Shown here: positions 10,465-22,000 of the stretch, one piece after another
Layout: each line of letters opens with the position of its first letter
Position numbering within the stretch: position 1 is the first letter of the stretch
Position numbers and translations under genes: made by a program
The notes under the pieces: model-generated
The model's database searches: none
What the model was told of the DNA's origin: nothing
Seen by the model: only the letters and a program-made list of their open reading frames with translations
Assembly: GCF_018977255.1 (NCBI RefSeq)
Contig: NW_024705335.1
Location: forward strand, 1 to 53,553
Origin: Callorhinchus milii
Lineage: Eukaryota
Direction of reading: 5' to 3'
Length of the DNA stretch: 53,553 bases

Positions 10465-10572
10465 TGAGCGAGAGAAGTTCGTGAGTGGAGGAGGAGGAGC
10501 AGGCGGAGGGGTTGGCCCACAGGCCTCGTGTTTGTATTCCATCGACCGTTACGGCTTTAGACTTGGGAATAG

Positions 10573-10836
10573 GAAGGGGGCTCACTTGGGGGGCCTTGGG
10601 GCCAGGAGGGACCTCTGGAAAGGGGACTCGTTTGGGGACTTCCCCTACAGGGACTCCTGGGAAGGAGGCTCACAAGGGGGGCCTTGGGGCCACGAGGGAC
10701 CTCTGGAAAGGGGACTCGTTTGGGGACTTTCCCTGCAGGAATTCCTGGGAAGGAGGCTCGCTTGGAGGGCCTTGGGGCCAGAAGGGACCCCTGGGAAGGG
10801 GGCTCGCTTGGAGACTTTCCCAACAGGGACCCTGGG
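10573..10836. repeat. G-rich minisatellite, 88-bp unit x3 (two related ~44-bp halves)
   Basis: gaagg(g/a)ggctc recurs at 10573, 10661 and 10749. This explains the spurious repetitive ORFs at 10481-11063. Confidence 0.9.
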
Positions 10837-10924
10837 CGTTGGTATTGAAGGGTAGATGCTGTCGTCTTATGTGGCTGAACTTGAACTTGGACAACTCGAC
10901 CTTTGCTTGCACCCGTGGCCCCAG

Positions 10925-11085
10925 CCCCATGGATCGCGATGCCGCCGAAGGACATCGTGAACGTGAGCGGCAGCGACGTGGTGTTCGGCTGCGAGGTGTC
11001 GGGCTTCCCCATGGCGTTCGTCGAGTGGAGGAAGGAGGGCGTGGACGAGCTCCTCCCGGCTGACGACGCTCACCTCGCCGTGCAG
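10925..11085 (+). CDS. KAZALD1: KAZALD1-like gene, internal coding exon (first half of Ig domain)
   Basis: AG acceptor 10923-24 (phase 1), GT donor 11086 (phase 0). Translates PWIAMPPKDIVNVSGSDVVFGCEVSGFPMAFVEWRKEGVDELLPADDAHLAVQ, matching my recollection of KAZALD1 (NVTGQDVIFGCEVFAYPMASIEWRKDG...LPGDDPHISVQ). Orthology among Kazald paralogues is unresolved. Confidence 0.9.
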
Positions 11086-11600
11086 GTGCGGGCCGACTCG
11101 TGGGGCCGCACGTCCAATTTCTTATCTCTTCCCTGCTGCTAAGATGTTTTATTTTTTATTTTACCGGGTAAGGCCCACTGAGCTATTTAGTTGTTAAATC
11201 CTTTATATTAAGTTCGCTTGCTTGCTTGCTTGCGCGCTTACGACCGTGCAAATCTTTCGGTCGTTTTTTCAACCCACTTCCCGTGATCCAATCGAGCTGA
11301 CATTTTGCACGCAGACTCGTTGTGCGTGACAATTTATTTTTAGGAACAAAAAAATATTCATATTTCATTTAAAATACCAATGTGATAAAAATGAAACTCT
11401 TACTCAAGAAAACAGAAATGAATAATAATATAAAACCGATGTCACGCATATAAAGGATTTATAGTGAAAAACTTTGTTTTTATGGGTTAATTTTTTTTAT
11501 TACAAGCGACCTGGCCACAAATGATAAGCTCAACCAAGTGGCATATTGCGTGGAAATTCAAAGCAGCCAAATGTTCCAAACGCGTGATGTTGATTCTAAA

Positions 11601-11683
11601 TGTGAAGGGAAAAACGGGAGGACCCGGCGAGAAAATCCACGCCACCATGGGGAGAGAAAAAGAGAGAGACGCGCAAACTCCAA
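11601..11683 (-). mobile_element. V-SINE-like central domain fragment (intronic)
   Basis: tgtgaagggaaaaacgggaggacccggcgagaaaatccacgccaccatggggaga...gcaaactcca. Confidence 0.6.
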
Positions 11684-12318
11684 ATATGCTGCACGTGGGC
11701 CCCTCCTGCCTGTGGGGCTGTGAATGCAGTAAAGCCACAACTTCACATTCGATAGCTACGCCACCGCGGCACGGTGTCACGAGGCACGGATCCCATTCGG
11801 AAGTCTTGCGTTACGGCGCATCACTCCCGTGTGTTCGAGAAAAGTCCGCAGAAACAGATTGCACAGAAGCACATACTTCCCTTCGAACGAGATCCCTTCC
11901 AATGACCTTTTATCCAAACACTAGGAGGTGTGTTTTCTCACATTGCAGTCTAAACAATAATTTTTATTCTCAGAGCTGAAGCGTCGCCAAAATAAGCAGG
12001 GGAAAATAACGAATGTCACGTGTTGGATTTTTGGGTGTGCAGTCAGAATCAGAATATTTATTTATACTGCGGGAGGAATCAAATGAGCTATGAAGCTATT
12101 TTAACACAGATGTCCAGTAGGGGCTGGTCCGAACGTTACAACAACGTTGGCAGAGATGATCAACTCATAATACTTGACAACGCAGTTTAATCATGGGCGA
12201 CAGAAAACCCCTGACCCCTGCCTCATCGCAAAGTTTTTTAGCGGCCAAGATTCGGCTTTGGCATGGTGTGCGTGCGTTGCGTGTGTGCTCCTAAACCCGC
12301 TCCTGGCCGGTGCTGCAG

Positions 12319-12466
12319 GCGCGGGGAGGCCCCCAGCGCTACCAGATGACGGGCTGGCTGCAGATCCACAACGTGCGCCCCAGCGACAGCGGCGTGTACG
12401 TGTGCTACGCGCGCAACCGCCTCGGGGAAGCCTACGCCACCGCGCGTCTTATCATCATTAGCCCAG
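12319..12466 (+). CDS. KAZALD1: KAZALD1-like gene, internal coding exon (second half of Ig domain)
   Basis: tgcAG acceptor 12317-18 (phase 0), GT donor 12467 (phase 1). Translates ARGGPQRYQMTGWLQIHNVRPSDSGVYVCYARNRLGEAYATARLIIISP, with the Ig DxGxYxC motif and the KAZALD-typical RGGPQR..TGWLQI. Confidence 0.92.
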
Positions 12467-12616
12467 GTGTGCCCCCCCCCCTCATTACCCATGCAGCACA
12501 GTGCAGCGAAAGTGGCAATGTAGTGGTGAATCCATGCCAACGTTTTGTGAACACCTCATCACATGTTTTTTTTTATAGAATCATTGCCTAAGCTCGATAC
12601 TTCCAAGGTGTAGAAC

Positions 12617-12934
12617 GAGTGGCGTAACTACACTATTGGCTCAGGGGGTGCGGCGATCGGTCAGGTGGGGCCCTATATTTAATTAGCGCAATTTGCGGGA
12701 GCCATAAGTTACTACTCTAATTTAAGATAAAAAATGAAACGTAAATAAAAGCATTTTCATTAAAAAAAATTAACCGCATTTGAAATACGTTTCTATTCTT
12801 TAACACTTTTATTCTTTAACACTGTTGAAAACATACCTCATGGATGTTGTCAAGCGGGCCCCAACTCGTAGCTTTGCCCACCAGGGATGGGGGAGGGCAA
12901 AGCACCTCCTGCCCACTCGCTAGTTACGCTACTG
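12617..12934. mobile_element. MITE with hAT-like TIRs
   Basis: (g)AGTGGCGTAACTA ... TAGTTACGCTACTG imperfect 14-bp TIR with subterminal gggccc motifs; no clear TSD. Confidence 0.65.
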
Positions 12935-13752
12935 TTCATCGATTAATCACTGCCCAAGTGTGACGATGAGTTTGGCATGCAGTAGTTATCGCACACCGCT
13001 ATAAACCCAGAAACATGCGTTTGATATCTGAACTGGATCAAACTGGGCAAAACAAATGAGATGGATGAGAAATACGATTTTTGAAAGTGTCAACAGGAGA
13101 AAGGATAATTTATTCTTGGATTGAAGTGTGCGGTGCGTGAATTGGCGAATGCCTAATACATGATAAAACTAATCATTATTTGGTGATACTGCGTTGGCAG
13201 TGGTGCACTAGGACAAATAATATACTTTTTGAAACTCAAATTTGTCAACAACGCCGCTTTCAAAGGAACAAATATTTATAACAGGTGACGTTTTAGAGCA
13301 ATGGCCCTTTTTCATGGCACATGAATCAGACCGAGATATGTATTCGTACTGGAGGAATCTGATGAGCCATGAAGCTCTTTTTCACAGATCACCAGAGAGG
13401 ATACGAGTTGGAGATGCACTTCACATCATGGGGCATGTTGAGAATTACTTTTTTTCATCAGTTTTCTAGTGAACAATGTTTAAAATGGCATATGAAGAGT
13501 TGCCCAAGAACACATTAATATTTACGTAATAATATTTACGTAAATAGAGCAAAAAGCATGATGTATAATTAAGTTCTGCATTTAGATGCAAATTAAATGT
13601 TAACACTATATCATTCACGCATGTGACCAATAGTTCTGTTGATTCATTGAAGACATCCTGGTGGCAGTATGTGCTGTGTTTAGCCAGGTTGAAATTTTTG
13701 AATATTAGAGTTCAGTGTTTATGGGAAATTCCAACAGTGTTCTAACGGTGTT

Positions 13753-13823
13753 TACCAACTGGGAGTTGAACTTGCAACCTACTGACTGCGAGCCGCTCGC
13801 TCTAGCGCTGAGGCACCTGGCTG
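13753..13823 (-). mobile_element. Degenerate tRNA-derived SINE head / tRNA pseudogene
   Basis: Reverse complement gccaggtgcctcagcgctagagcgagcggctcgcagtcagtaggttgcaagttcaactcccagttgg has A-box- and B-box-like motifs at tRNA spacing. Confidence 0.55.
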
Positions 13824-13949
13824 GTAAATGGATTGTCACCTGGTTAATTGAAGAACGTAGGTCAATAGGAGTTGAAATGATTTATTCTTTTATGGAATGC
13901 AAAAGTTAATAAACCTTCTTGATGGCTTCCCTTCGCTCCACGCACACAG

Positions 13950-14035
13950 ATTCTCCGGAGGCCGAAGAGATTCTTCACAATCCATCCGTCCTCGATTTCC
14001 CAGTCTATGATGATGAAGAAGATGACGATTATTAG
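13950..14035 (+). CDS. KAZALD1: KAZALD1-like gene, terminal coding exon (acidic tail)
   Basis: Pyrimidine-rich tract and acAG acceptor 13948-49; phase 1 is compatible with the previous exon. Gives (D)SPEAEEILHNPSVLDFPVYDDEEDDDY-stop (TAG 14033-35), resembling the acidic ...DDYY C-terminus of KAZALD1. Too short for the ORF track. Confidence 0.85.
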
Positions 14036-14394
14036 ATACTTGAGAATACCTCAAAGATACACGTACGGCACTGTTGAGAGAGTGCATTTACCAGCTGCTT
14101 ATAATTATAAAGTAAAAAAGAAATATTACTTCTTCCATGATTATAAATAGTCTGGCACAATTTCTGCCTAATATTATTCACTCTAATTCCTTTGAAATGT
14201 GTGTGCGCGTGTGTGTTACAGTGATAAAGTATAATGCATAAAATGGCCATTATAAGGGTACAATTTTGTAAAGTTGTAATAATGTAATTTTCGAATACTT
14301 TTAAACTGCTTTATGCACTATTTATAATCTTTACAAAGCTCTTACACAAATCAGCCTTGCTTGAATGTAACTCTACGAGATACATTTCACAAGT

Positions 14395-14690
14395 CACCCA
14401 GAATGCACCCGATGTTATCAGATTTCAAAAAGCATGTTTGAGCTTGATTGGCGCTTTTGGGTGGCTTATCACAGTGCATAAAAAGGGTGTTGTGGGCCTG
14501 CTGTGGAGCTACGTTGTGTGCAGCACGGGGCAAGTACAGATACATCTGTTGTACTGCTTTCGGCTTCCACAGCTATGCTCCCCCTCTACTGTCACCACCC
14601 CGCACTGACCAGTGCCAAGTACGATCAAATAACTCACACAGTGTGGGGAAGCCTTCATCCAGCAGTGGATTGGCAAAAAGGGCTGTTATG
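14395..14690 (+). mobile_element. 5S-rRNA-derived SINE with RTE-like tail, in the presumptive 3' UTR
   Basis: 14395-14497 (cacccagaatgcacccgatgttatcagatttc...aagcatgtttgagcttgattgg...gggtgttgtgggc) aligns to 5S rRNA. Ends ggggaagccttcatccagcagtggattg. Confidence 0.75.
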
Positions 14691-15385
14691 GTGCCACTCA
14701 AAATTCAAGTTTGTTCTTTTCAAAGCCACGCCTCTGGTTTCATTCATTTGACTGTAAAACTAAATCCACAGCAAGTTTAAAGACAATTTCTCAACGGAGT
14801 TGAAAACTGCATTACAGGCAATACACATAGTGATCGTTGACGAGTATAATCGCAGAGAATCAGAGGGGATCCTGAGAAACCTGTGACTATGGAAAGAGTA
14901 GAACGACATTCTCAGCAGTTGACTCCTCCAGCAAAACTAACAAATTGAGAGGAGGATGAGAGGGAGAAAAACTGCAAGTTAAATGTTCCATGTTGCATAT
15001 TGAGTGGTGCCATAATGTACATGCACAACTTTCTTTACCCATGAAAGCCTTACTAAGTCTCAAGATCATTTTCTCTACGAGGGTATTGCTTGAAATATTA
15101 GACCAAGTAATTTTTTTTTGTATTTTGTGTGTGTATCATGCAAGGTGGCTTTTGTGTGATTAATGGGAATCAATATATGTTTGCTTATTGAATCTGTTAT
15201 AATGCTGATACGGCACTCGCCACTTATCAATTTGTCTCACGAATCATTCGCACAGGCTCACTTGCCCATCATCGAATGCAGGACATTGGCTGCATTATAC
15301 TTTTCCAGACCGTGAAACTGTAGCCAGTGTACGCAAATACTGTGAGACCACTAACGCTAACATGTATTTTTACAAACCTAAAAGC

Positions 15386-15496
15386 AATAAACTGGACGAT
15401 CAGATTGTAGCTTTAAAAAAATATCGGTTTTTCTTATGGTGCTAGACATTGCATTCAAATGTATTGAAACGTTTGCACAATAAACCCCAAAATAAA
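15386..15496 (+). terminator. Candidate polyadenylation signals of the KAZALD1-like gene
   Basis: AATAAA at 15386-91, 15479-84 and 15491-96, ~1.4 kb after the stop codon, following AT-rich UTR-like sequence. Confidence 0.4.
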
Positions 15497-16751
15497 CTTT
15501 TTACAAAAGCTGCTCTTCTGATCGGGGAAGTCGATGATTGACGTTCACCGTTTATTGCTGACGTTCATTTCAACATAATAGGGTGGACCACGACAAGGCC
15601 TTCATCCTTCACCCCAATGAAAGCAAACGTGGTTTTGCAACAACTTTGAAAAATGCAAGAGGCATGTCATGCGTTTTTATCGAGCATTTTGGTTGTGGAA
15701 TGGGTTGAATGTTTTATTAGTTGAGCTCGGATTTCTCCTAAAACGTGGCCTCGGAAACGTGTCGCTCATGAGACTGAACGCTCGCCCCTATGGTTGCAGA
15801 TACATTTACCAAGAGAATTGGCACATCTGTGTCAACTACAGGATCCAGTTGAGAAGGGTTAGCACAACTGGACTTGCAAACCAGAGATTGCCGGTTCGGC
15901 CTGCCGGTGCAGGCAGTTAAAACAATAATTTCTTAAATCTCCCTGCCTCTGTCCACTCTGTAGAGTACATGGGTTCACCACAGTTAATCGATCGGCAGGT
16001 CATGTGTGGTGGGGTACAGCGTGCATACTCCCACGTCTTCCGAGACGTATTACTAGCGTGGAAGGGAAGGCCAAATGCCCTCTGTCGGAGCTCTATAACT
16101 GACACGTGCTATCCATTTTTTTTGGGGGGGGGGGGGGCTTTGAAACCCTATCGTACCAATTTTGTATTCTAATTGCGTGCTTAACATTGCTTAATGAAAG
16201 GGAAGCTTTAAATTATGACTCATTAGCAAATTGCCAGAGAAGAGGACATGTGGCTGTGTGTACTTAAGTTGTCAGTTTCATGTAAATTCTAAATTGTGTT
16301 GTGGCAACTTCTACCCCAGAGTGGTTCGCTGCTGCTTAGTGGGGCATGCGCTCTGTTCACGTGATCATGATGTCTTTTGTTGGTAATTATTTGTTTAACG
16401 TCGCTGGATAAAAAGCATGTGTTTTAATAGCAACACATTTAGGTTAATATTTTAATGAACAATGCATAACCTGTTTTAACAGAAACAAAGATGAAAATGT
16501 GAATTGCTTAATTCAGGTTCCATGTATAATTTAACTCAGCAAATTCATATCTATGCAAGCCATATCCCATTAAGATGTTTTATAATATTAATACATTATA
16601 CAATCTCATCACTCATCTCTAGAAATGTTGCTTACTACTTGAAGAACTTGGGTCTGAATTAATTCGCATTAACAGAAGGGTCGACGAAGCATCCAATCGG
16701 ACCTCTCTCAAGCAAGTGCCGTTATTTAAATTGGAGAACAATCCAGTGAAG

Positions 16752-17142
16752 CAAGGGTGGCACAGTCGGGTTTTTTTACAATCGGGTTTAATTGTCTTTT
16801 TATATTAAACCCGATCAACTGAGATGATCTAATTGCAGAACCGCACTTTGCCAACTTCTCAACGATGGGCTGCATCCATTCCAAGCTAAGGAACTCACTG
16901 GCGCCCACGATTGTGGAGGAGAAGCTCGTGTTCATCAAGACCAACCTGCCCGCATTCTACGACTACCCGTGCCAGACGGCCCCCCGAGTACGATAGCAGC
17001 ACCGACGAGGAAGCAGCCTAAGCCTTGGATCAGAGTTTCGTATTCATTAAACCAGGTTTTAATTCCCCGAAATCGGGTTTAATTGTATTAAAGAAAAAAC
17101 CCGATGCCTGCCGCTGGAAAAATCGGGTTTTTTCCACCCATG
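16752..17142 (+). mobile_element. Internally deleted hAT transposon
   Basis: Perfect 8-bp TSD cagtgaag (16744-51 / 17143-50), TIR CA(A/T)GGGTGG and subterminal aatcgggttt repeats. 16856-16945 encodes FSTMGCIHSKLRNSLAPTIVEEKLVFIKTN, the hAT C-terminal dimerisation motif. Confidence 0.88.
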
Positions 17143-17178
17143 CAGTGAAGTGGAATGTCACAGAGCTACCTCAGATAA

Positions 17179-17620
17179 CACTGGTCAACAAAAAAAAAAT
17201 TTTTCTGGCCTGGACTTTTGCAGCTGTATTAGACTAATTTCAGGGTGCTGATTCCAAATCTGATCTCAGATTTGCTCTATCACATCTCATTGTTATGCTA
17301 TCGGCATACCCCATTTTCATTGATTTTACCCGAAATTAACTCTGTCACTTATGATTGCAAGTTGTTGCGAGTCAGTGACTGCTTTAGTGTTAAAATATGG
17401 TGCTGTATTTTTAGGATAGTGTGTTTATAATATCATTTTATGTAGATATCCACATTTATTTAATATTTTTCTTCTGCAGTTTTTATTGAAAATGCAATAT
17501 TTGATATCTCAAAAACCTGATGTGATAGACAAAAACTGATTCCAGATTTGGAATCAGCACCCCAAAATTACCTTAAATCCGTTGGAATACCTTATGCCAG
17601 AAAAGGTGTGTTGACCAGTG
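17179..17620. mobile_element. Non-autonomous DNA transposon with ~110-bp imperfect TIRs (Chapaev3-like)
   Basis: Termini CACTGGTCAACA...TGTTGACCAGTG, inner inverted match gggtgctgattccaaatctg / cagatttggaatcagcaccc. CAC..GTG ends and a left TAA flank suggest Chapaev3; the family call is inference. Confidence 0.7.
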
Positions 17621-18815
17621 ATCGTTATTCTGACCACTGTTCTGACAGAGCAGGGGACAGCACTACCAAACTTACTTAGAGAGTAATATTCATTGCATTA
17701 CAGTCAAAATAACATAGTTCATTTTTAGCGCTGGAATTTAGCCAAATTAAGAACGGAACTCAACTCAATGTGATGGTGTGTTTTTTGTGCATTGGCTCAG
17801 ACAATTAACCGACGACACTTGAGAACTCGGTTAATTACAGCAACGGTGCCAGCTCATTGATCCAGGCCACCTCAGTGCTTGGATTTCAGCGGCCAAGTTT
17901 TGGCATTGGCGTGTGTGCCCTTAACACCGTTCATGTCGGTCGGATTGCAGGTAAGAGGGGGCCCACACCATTACCAAATAACCTTTTCACAGAGTGATAC
18001 AGCAACATCATCATCGTTTTACATTAATTTCGGTGAATCAAACTGCTCTTAAAAATAATCTATGCCTCGGGTTTGCTGGCTGGGCTCCTCACGACCCGAC
18101 AATAACTCTGCTAATGGCTGGGTAACTGGGTAAACAGGCTTTTGCGTGTAACAAATAAACATTGAAAGAGCATAATAAGTTCGGAAGACACATTTTAATA
18201 GGTAGCGATTCCGAATGAGTGGGTGTAACGAATACAAAAAAACTAACACGGCTCAATAAAAATTACTCGAACTTTGAAATGTGTTTTCCTCTGAGAGTAA
18301 TTATTTCGCCATAATATTTACTGAATGCGGTTAATTTATCTCTGAACAGTAACATACCATGGGGGGTGGGGAAGCTGTTAACGCAACGCCCGTTCTGGTA
18401 TGCGATGGGGAAACGCTTACAAGTTTATATTGACTACTACAGTAAGTAAACACGCAAATCTTTGGTGACAGCGAACATTGAGGCATGTTAACGAATGATA
18501 AAACTGCTCCAAAAGCAAAGGTCTACCCCAATAGCCTTAATCGACTGTTGGGGCAAATGCTGTGTGCGAGCACCTATGACACTCTCCCTAGTGACTTAAC
18601 TCGGAGACAGCAATAGGAGGAACTTCTTTTATTTAACTAACACCATCGGAAACACATTCCTGCGGAGGGAGCTGGTAGGAACGTTGGGTTGCTCGGTCAA
18701 TGGCCAGGGTCAACGGCGGCGTGGTGTATTCCGCAAATATGCCCGACTGTGAGGGCGGGCACAAGCCGGCGTGAGTAGGTTAAACGTTGAGTTTTATAAG
18801 GGCACCACGGGGTGA

Positions 18816-18930
18816 CCAGCCCCTCCCCTCCCCACCCAGCCCCTCCCACCCAGCCCCACCCAGCCCCACCCTCCCCACCCAGCCCCTCCCCACCCTCCCC
18901 ACCCAGCCCCTCCCCCACCCAGCCCCTCCC
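18816..18930. repeat. C-rich low-complexity tandem repeat (cccagcccctcccca-like)
   Basis: Directly visible; many GGG runs on the minus strand. Confidence 0.9.
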
Positions 18931-19038
18931 TGCACGACGGACGGACACAATAATCCCCTGTGGGCTGGTGTAACCAGGAGGTTCCTACCAGTATAATACA
19001 CATACCACGTGGGTACACACAGTTACTGTTGCTAACCT

Positions 19039-19068
19039 NNNNNNNNNNNNNNNNNNNNNNNNNNNNNN
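19039..19068. other. Gap / mask of 30 N
   Basis: Run of 30 n. Confidence 0.99.
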
Positions 19069-22000
19069 ATACACGCATGCGGAACACTTCGATATTGTGC
19101 GCTGGTAACCATAAGAGAGACGCTAGTTACATTAGAATACAATTTGAGCGCAACATTAGGGCTCTAGGCACAGAACTACACGAGAAGGTGCGTAGTGACA
19201 TACCTAGGGTCACCTACAAAAAGGTTCTCCGAAAGGAACTTCGTGCGCTTTGTAAATAACGACCGAGCTTTAGTATGCGAACGGACCAATGGCCGCCATG
19301 TGATTGTGTGCCCGTATAGATCAGTAGAGATTCGAATATTTCCACTAAAAACATGGAGACACAGCCCTAAGTTATGTTAACAAGCCATCACCCTGAACAT
19401 GCGCATTCGCGAACAACTACAAACATAGATAAATGATAAAGGAGGCTTCCTAAGAACTGGCTACGGCACATTCGAAATTCTCTCTCAACTTAGCAGAGAC
19501 CACTTGCGAGACGGACGGGGAACGAGATAAGGCCGTCTATGTCTTCAGTTCCGTTTTAGCTCCCTCTATGATTAGGGGCTTGGTGTATGAACCCGGTAAG
19601 CTGTGTTCGTCTAAATTGTAGACAGATGTCTGCGACTGTCCGTAGCGAATCAGGAGGGAATCGGATCTTGGCATACCGCCATCTTCAGATGAATGTACTA
19701 GGCCTGCGCAGTAATCAAGTATCAACGAGGGCGTATTTACAGCCGAGATGACCGGGAAATAGACCCTGACTGAAGATTTGAGGGTGCCGCGCAATGGCTT
19801 GGCATCTCTCCTACTGCTACTACATAGATGTAGCTGCGACGGGTAGTTCGCTCCTTATAAGTCCCAATGGGTCACATTGCAGGCTGAAATTTTGTCTTGC
19901 TGGTCGAGCTGTGACGGGGTAATAGTTGCGCGCTCACCAACAAAAGCGGTACTGACGACTCTGATTCTTCTAAATACGGCTCGCCTTGTGTCACCGATGC
20001 TGCTGTGACACTAAATGCTTCGGTCTAGACAATCACGTCGACCGACTCTTAGTGTGTCATGGGACGAGCTGGTGTCGAATATACGAACGGTGTAGAGTTT
20101 CTGTCACCCACCAAAAACCGTAGCGTCCCTAGCGCGAGCAGACATTCGAGAGTAACTCAGTTGACCAACCGACGTATCTTGGCGATCACCCAAGGGAGGC
20201 GATGACACCGCTTCGGTTTTTCCATCCGGCATAAACGCTATCCGTTTACTGCACGACTACCAGCTATAACAGAACGTTTAGCTGTGCCTGCGAAGAGCTT
20301 ATCTGGGCAATACACAGGGATATCATCATTAGGCCTGTTATGGAATGTTCTAAAGGGAATTATTATAAATGATGCGCATGGAACAAACGTTTAGCGATAC
20401 TTCACCTAGTGCATCGTATCCTGTTTCAGGGTTGTTACCAAAAACCTACACGTACATAATGGGCCTTGAGCATGTCGAGTGGCGTTTACGTGCGACTCTT
20501 ATGGCATTCACGACCTGTAATAAAAAACAAAGCAAAGGTTAACGAGGGATTCTTCATTTGAGGGGTCCTATCTACGCTCTCTCACGCTGTGCAACAACAA
20601 GCGGTGCTACCCAATGCATGTCCCGTACGATAATGTCGGCATCGCTCTGCAAGGAGGCATGTCAATTACGGTAGGGGTCCATATACGGGACATGATACCA
20701 CCTACCAAAACCGACTAAGATGTCTTGTGCCTGACTCTTAGTCAGGCCACCCGAAGCTTCGGTATTCAAAAGTCCCACGCGATGATCGATTGACACAAAA
20801 CTACTTTCTTGGCGATCTTGACCCTCCCTTAGAGAACCCATGGTTACAACTGAGATAAAACACGCCGCTCATCGGTTTTTGGGCGATCTTTAGCATCCGT
20901 TGTATGCCTCACCTACTAAAACCTAGCGACAGTAAGAAACCGCCCTGGCCAGCGCCGTGGGATATCTCTGCGGATAACCGGTAGGGACCTGCGCTAGCCA
21001 TAAGGGCGGGTGCGGAGAAGACCTAGGGCTCATTTATCGCCTCCCAAAACGGCTTACGCCCGGATGGAGCATGTTATCTGCCTGCGAACGCACTTGTTCG
21101 ACGCCATGCAAGTAAACCCGGTTAACCAATTCGCTAATTAAGAATTTTCATGCCCTTTGGATCACCCAGCACTCCATTCGTTTCTAAATCGTGATACTAC
21201 AACCCTGTTTGGAGGTCCCGTTCAGTATAGTGTATCGTGGTTATTCGTTCGATTAGTGAAACTACCGTGATTGAATATAGGTCAGTGCCTCGCTACTATT
21301 CCAGTCAACAGCTGAGTTCAGTTGATAGTACCATAGAACCCGGGTACGTTGAGCACCGACCGACGTAGAGGCGTCCGGATGCCTCAATCTGCACCCTTGG
21401 AGCTATTCCTAAGTTAAAGCACTCACTGTTCGTGTCGATAGATTGCTTTTTCGAATATGTTATGCGGTAATGGAAGCAATAATTATGCCCACCCAAGGAG
21501 CGTAATATTGTGGACACTGAAGGCCGCGGCGGCGAACTAGGGAAGTTTATCTCTGAATACCAGGACAGAGCTTCTCATAATCGGACAGATGATTAAACTC
21601 AGACGAGGACGCTTTCCGGTTTAGGCGTGGTACGGTCTCAGGCGACGCAAAAAAGAATCACTGCATGGGGTTGGTGACCTTTTCAGCTTCCAGAAAAAGT
21701 TGTTGCTTAACGGGATAACCGTCACACTAGGAGCCTAACCTGGCGGCTGGGTGGATGGAGCCCAAACCCGCATACATATACCAAATTAGACCGTATACGC
21801 TACATCGTGTACCTAAAAATCATTGCCATGTTGTGCCAAACTCTTAATCATGAAAACGGACGCACGCCGAGTCCTCCGGAGAATTTGTACGGTTTTCTGA
21901 AAACGTTAAACTATGTGACTGGTGTGGGGATGTACAGACTCTAAAATTCACGTATAGAGGCGAGTGACGTGATCGACGATGGTTCCATCCACCTGCGGAC

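Noticed and set aside
10481..11063. Longest ORFs in the window (124-192 aa)
   Set aside because: They are read-through of the 88-bp minisatellite and off-frame overlap with the real exon.
13358..13380. ctgatgagcc hammerhead-like start
   Set aside because: No GAAA follows the potential stem.
18697..19087. Gly/Pro-rich ORFs
   Set aside because: Translations of a C-rich low-complexity repeat and the N gap.
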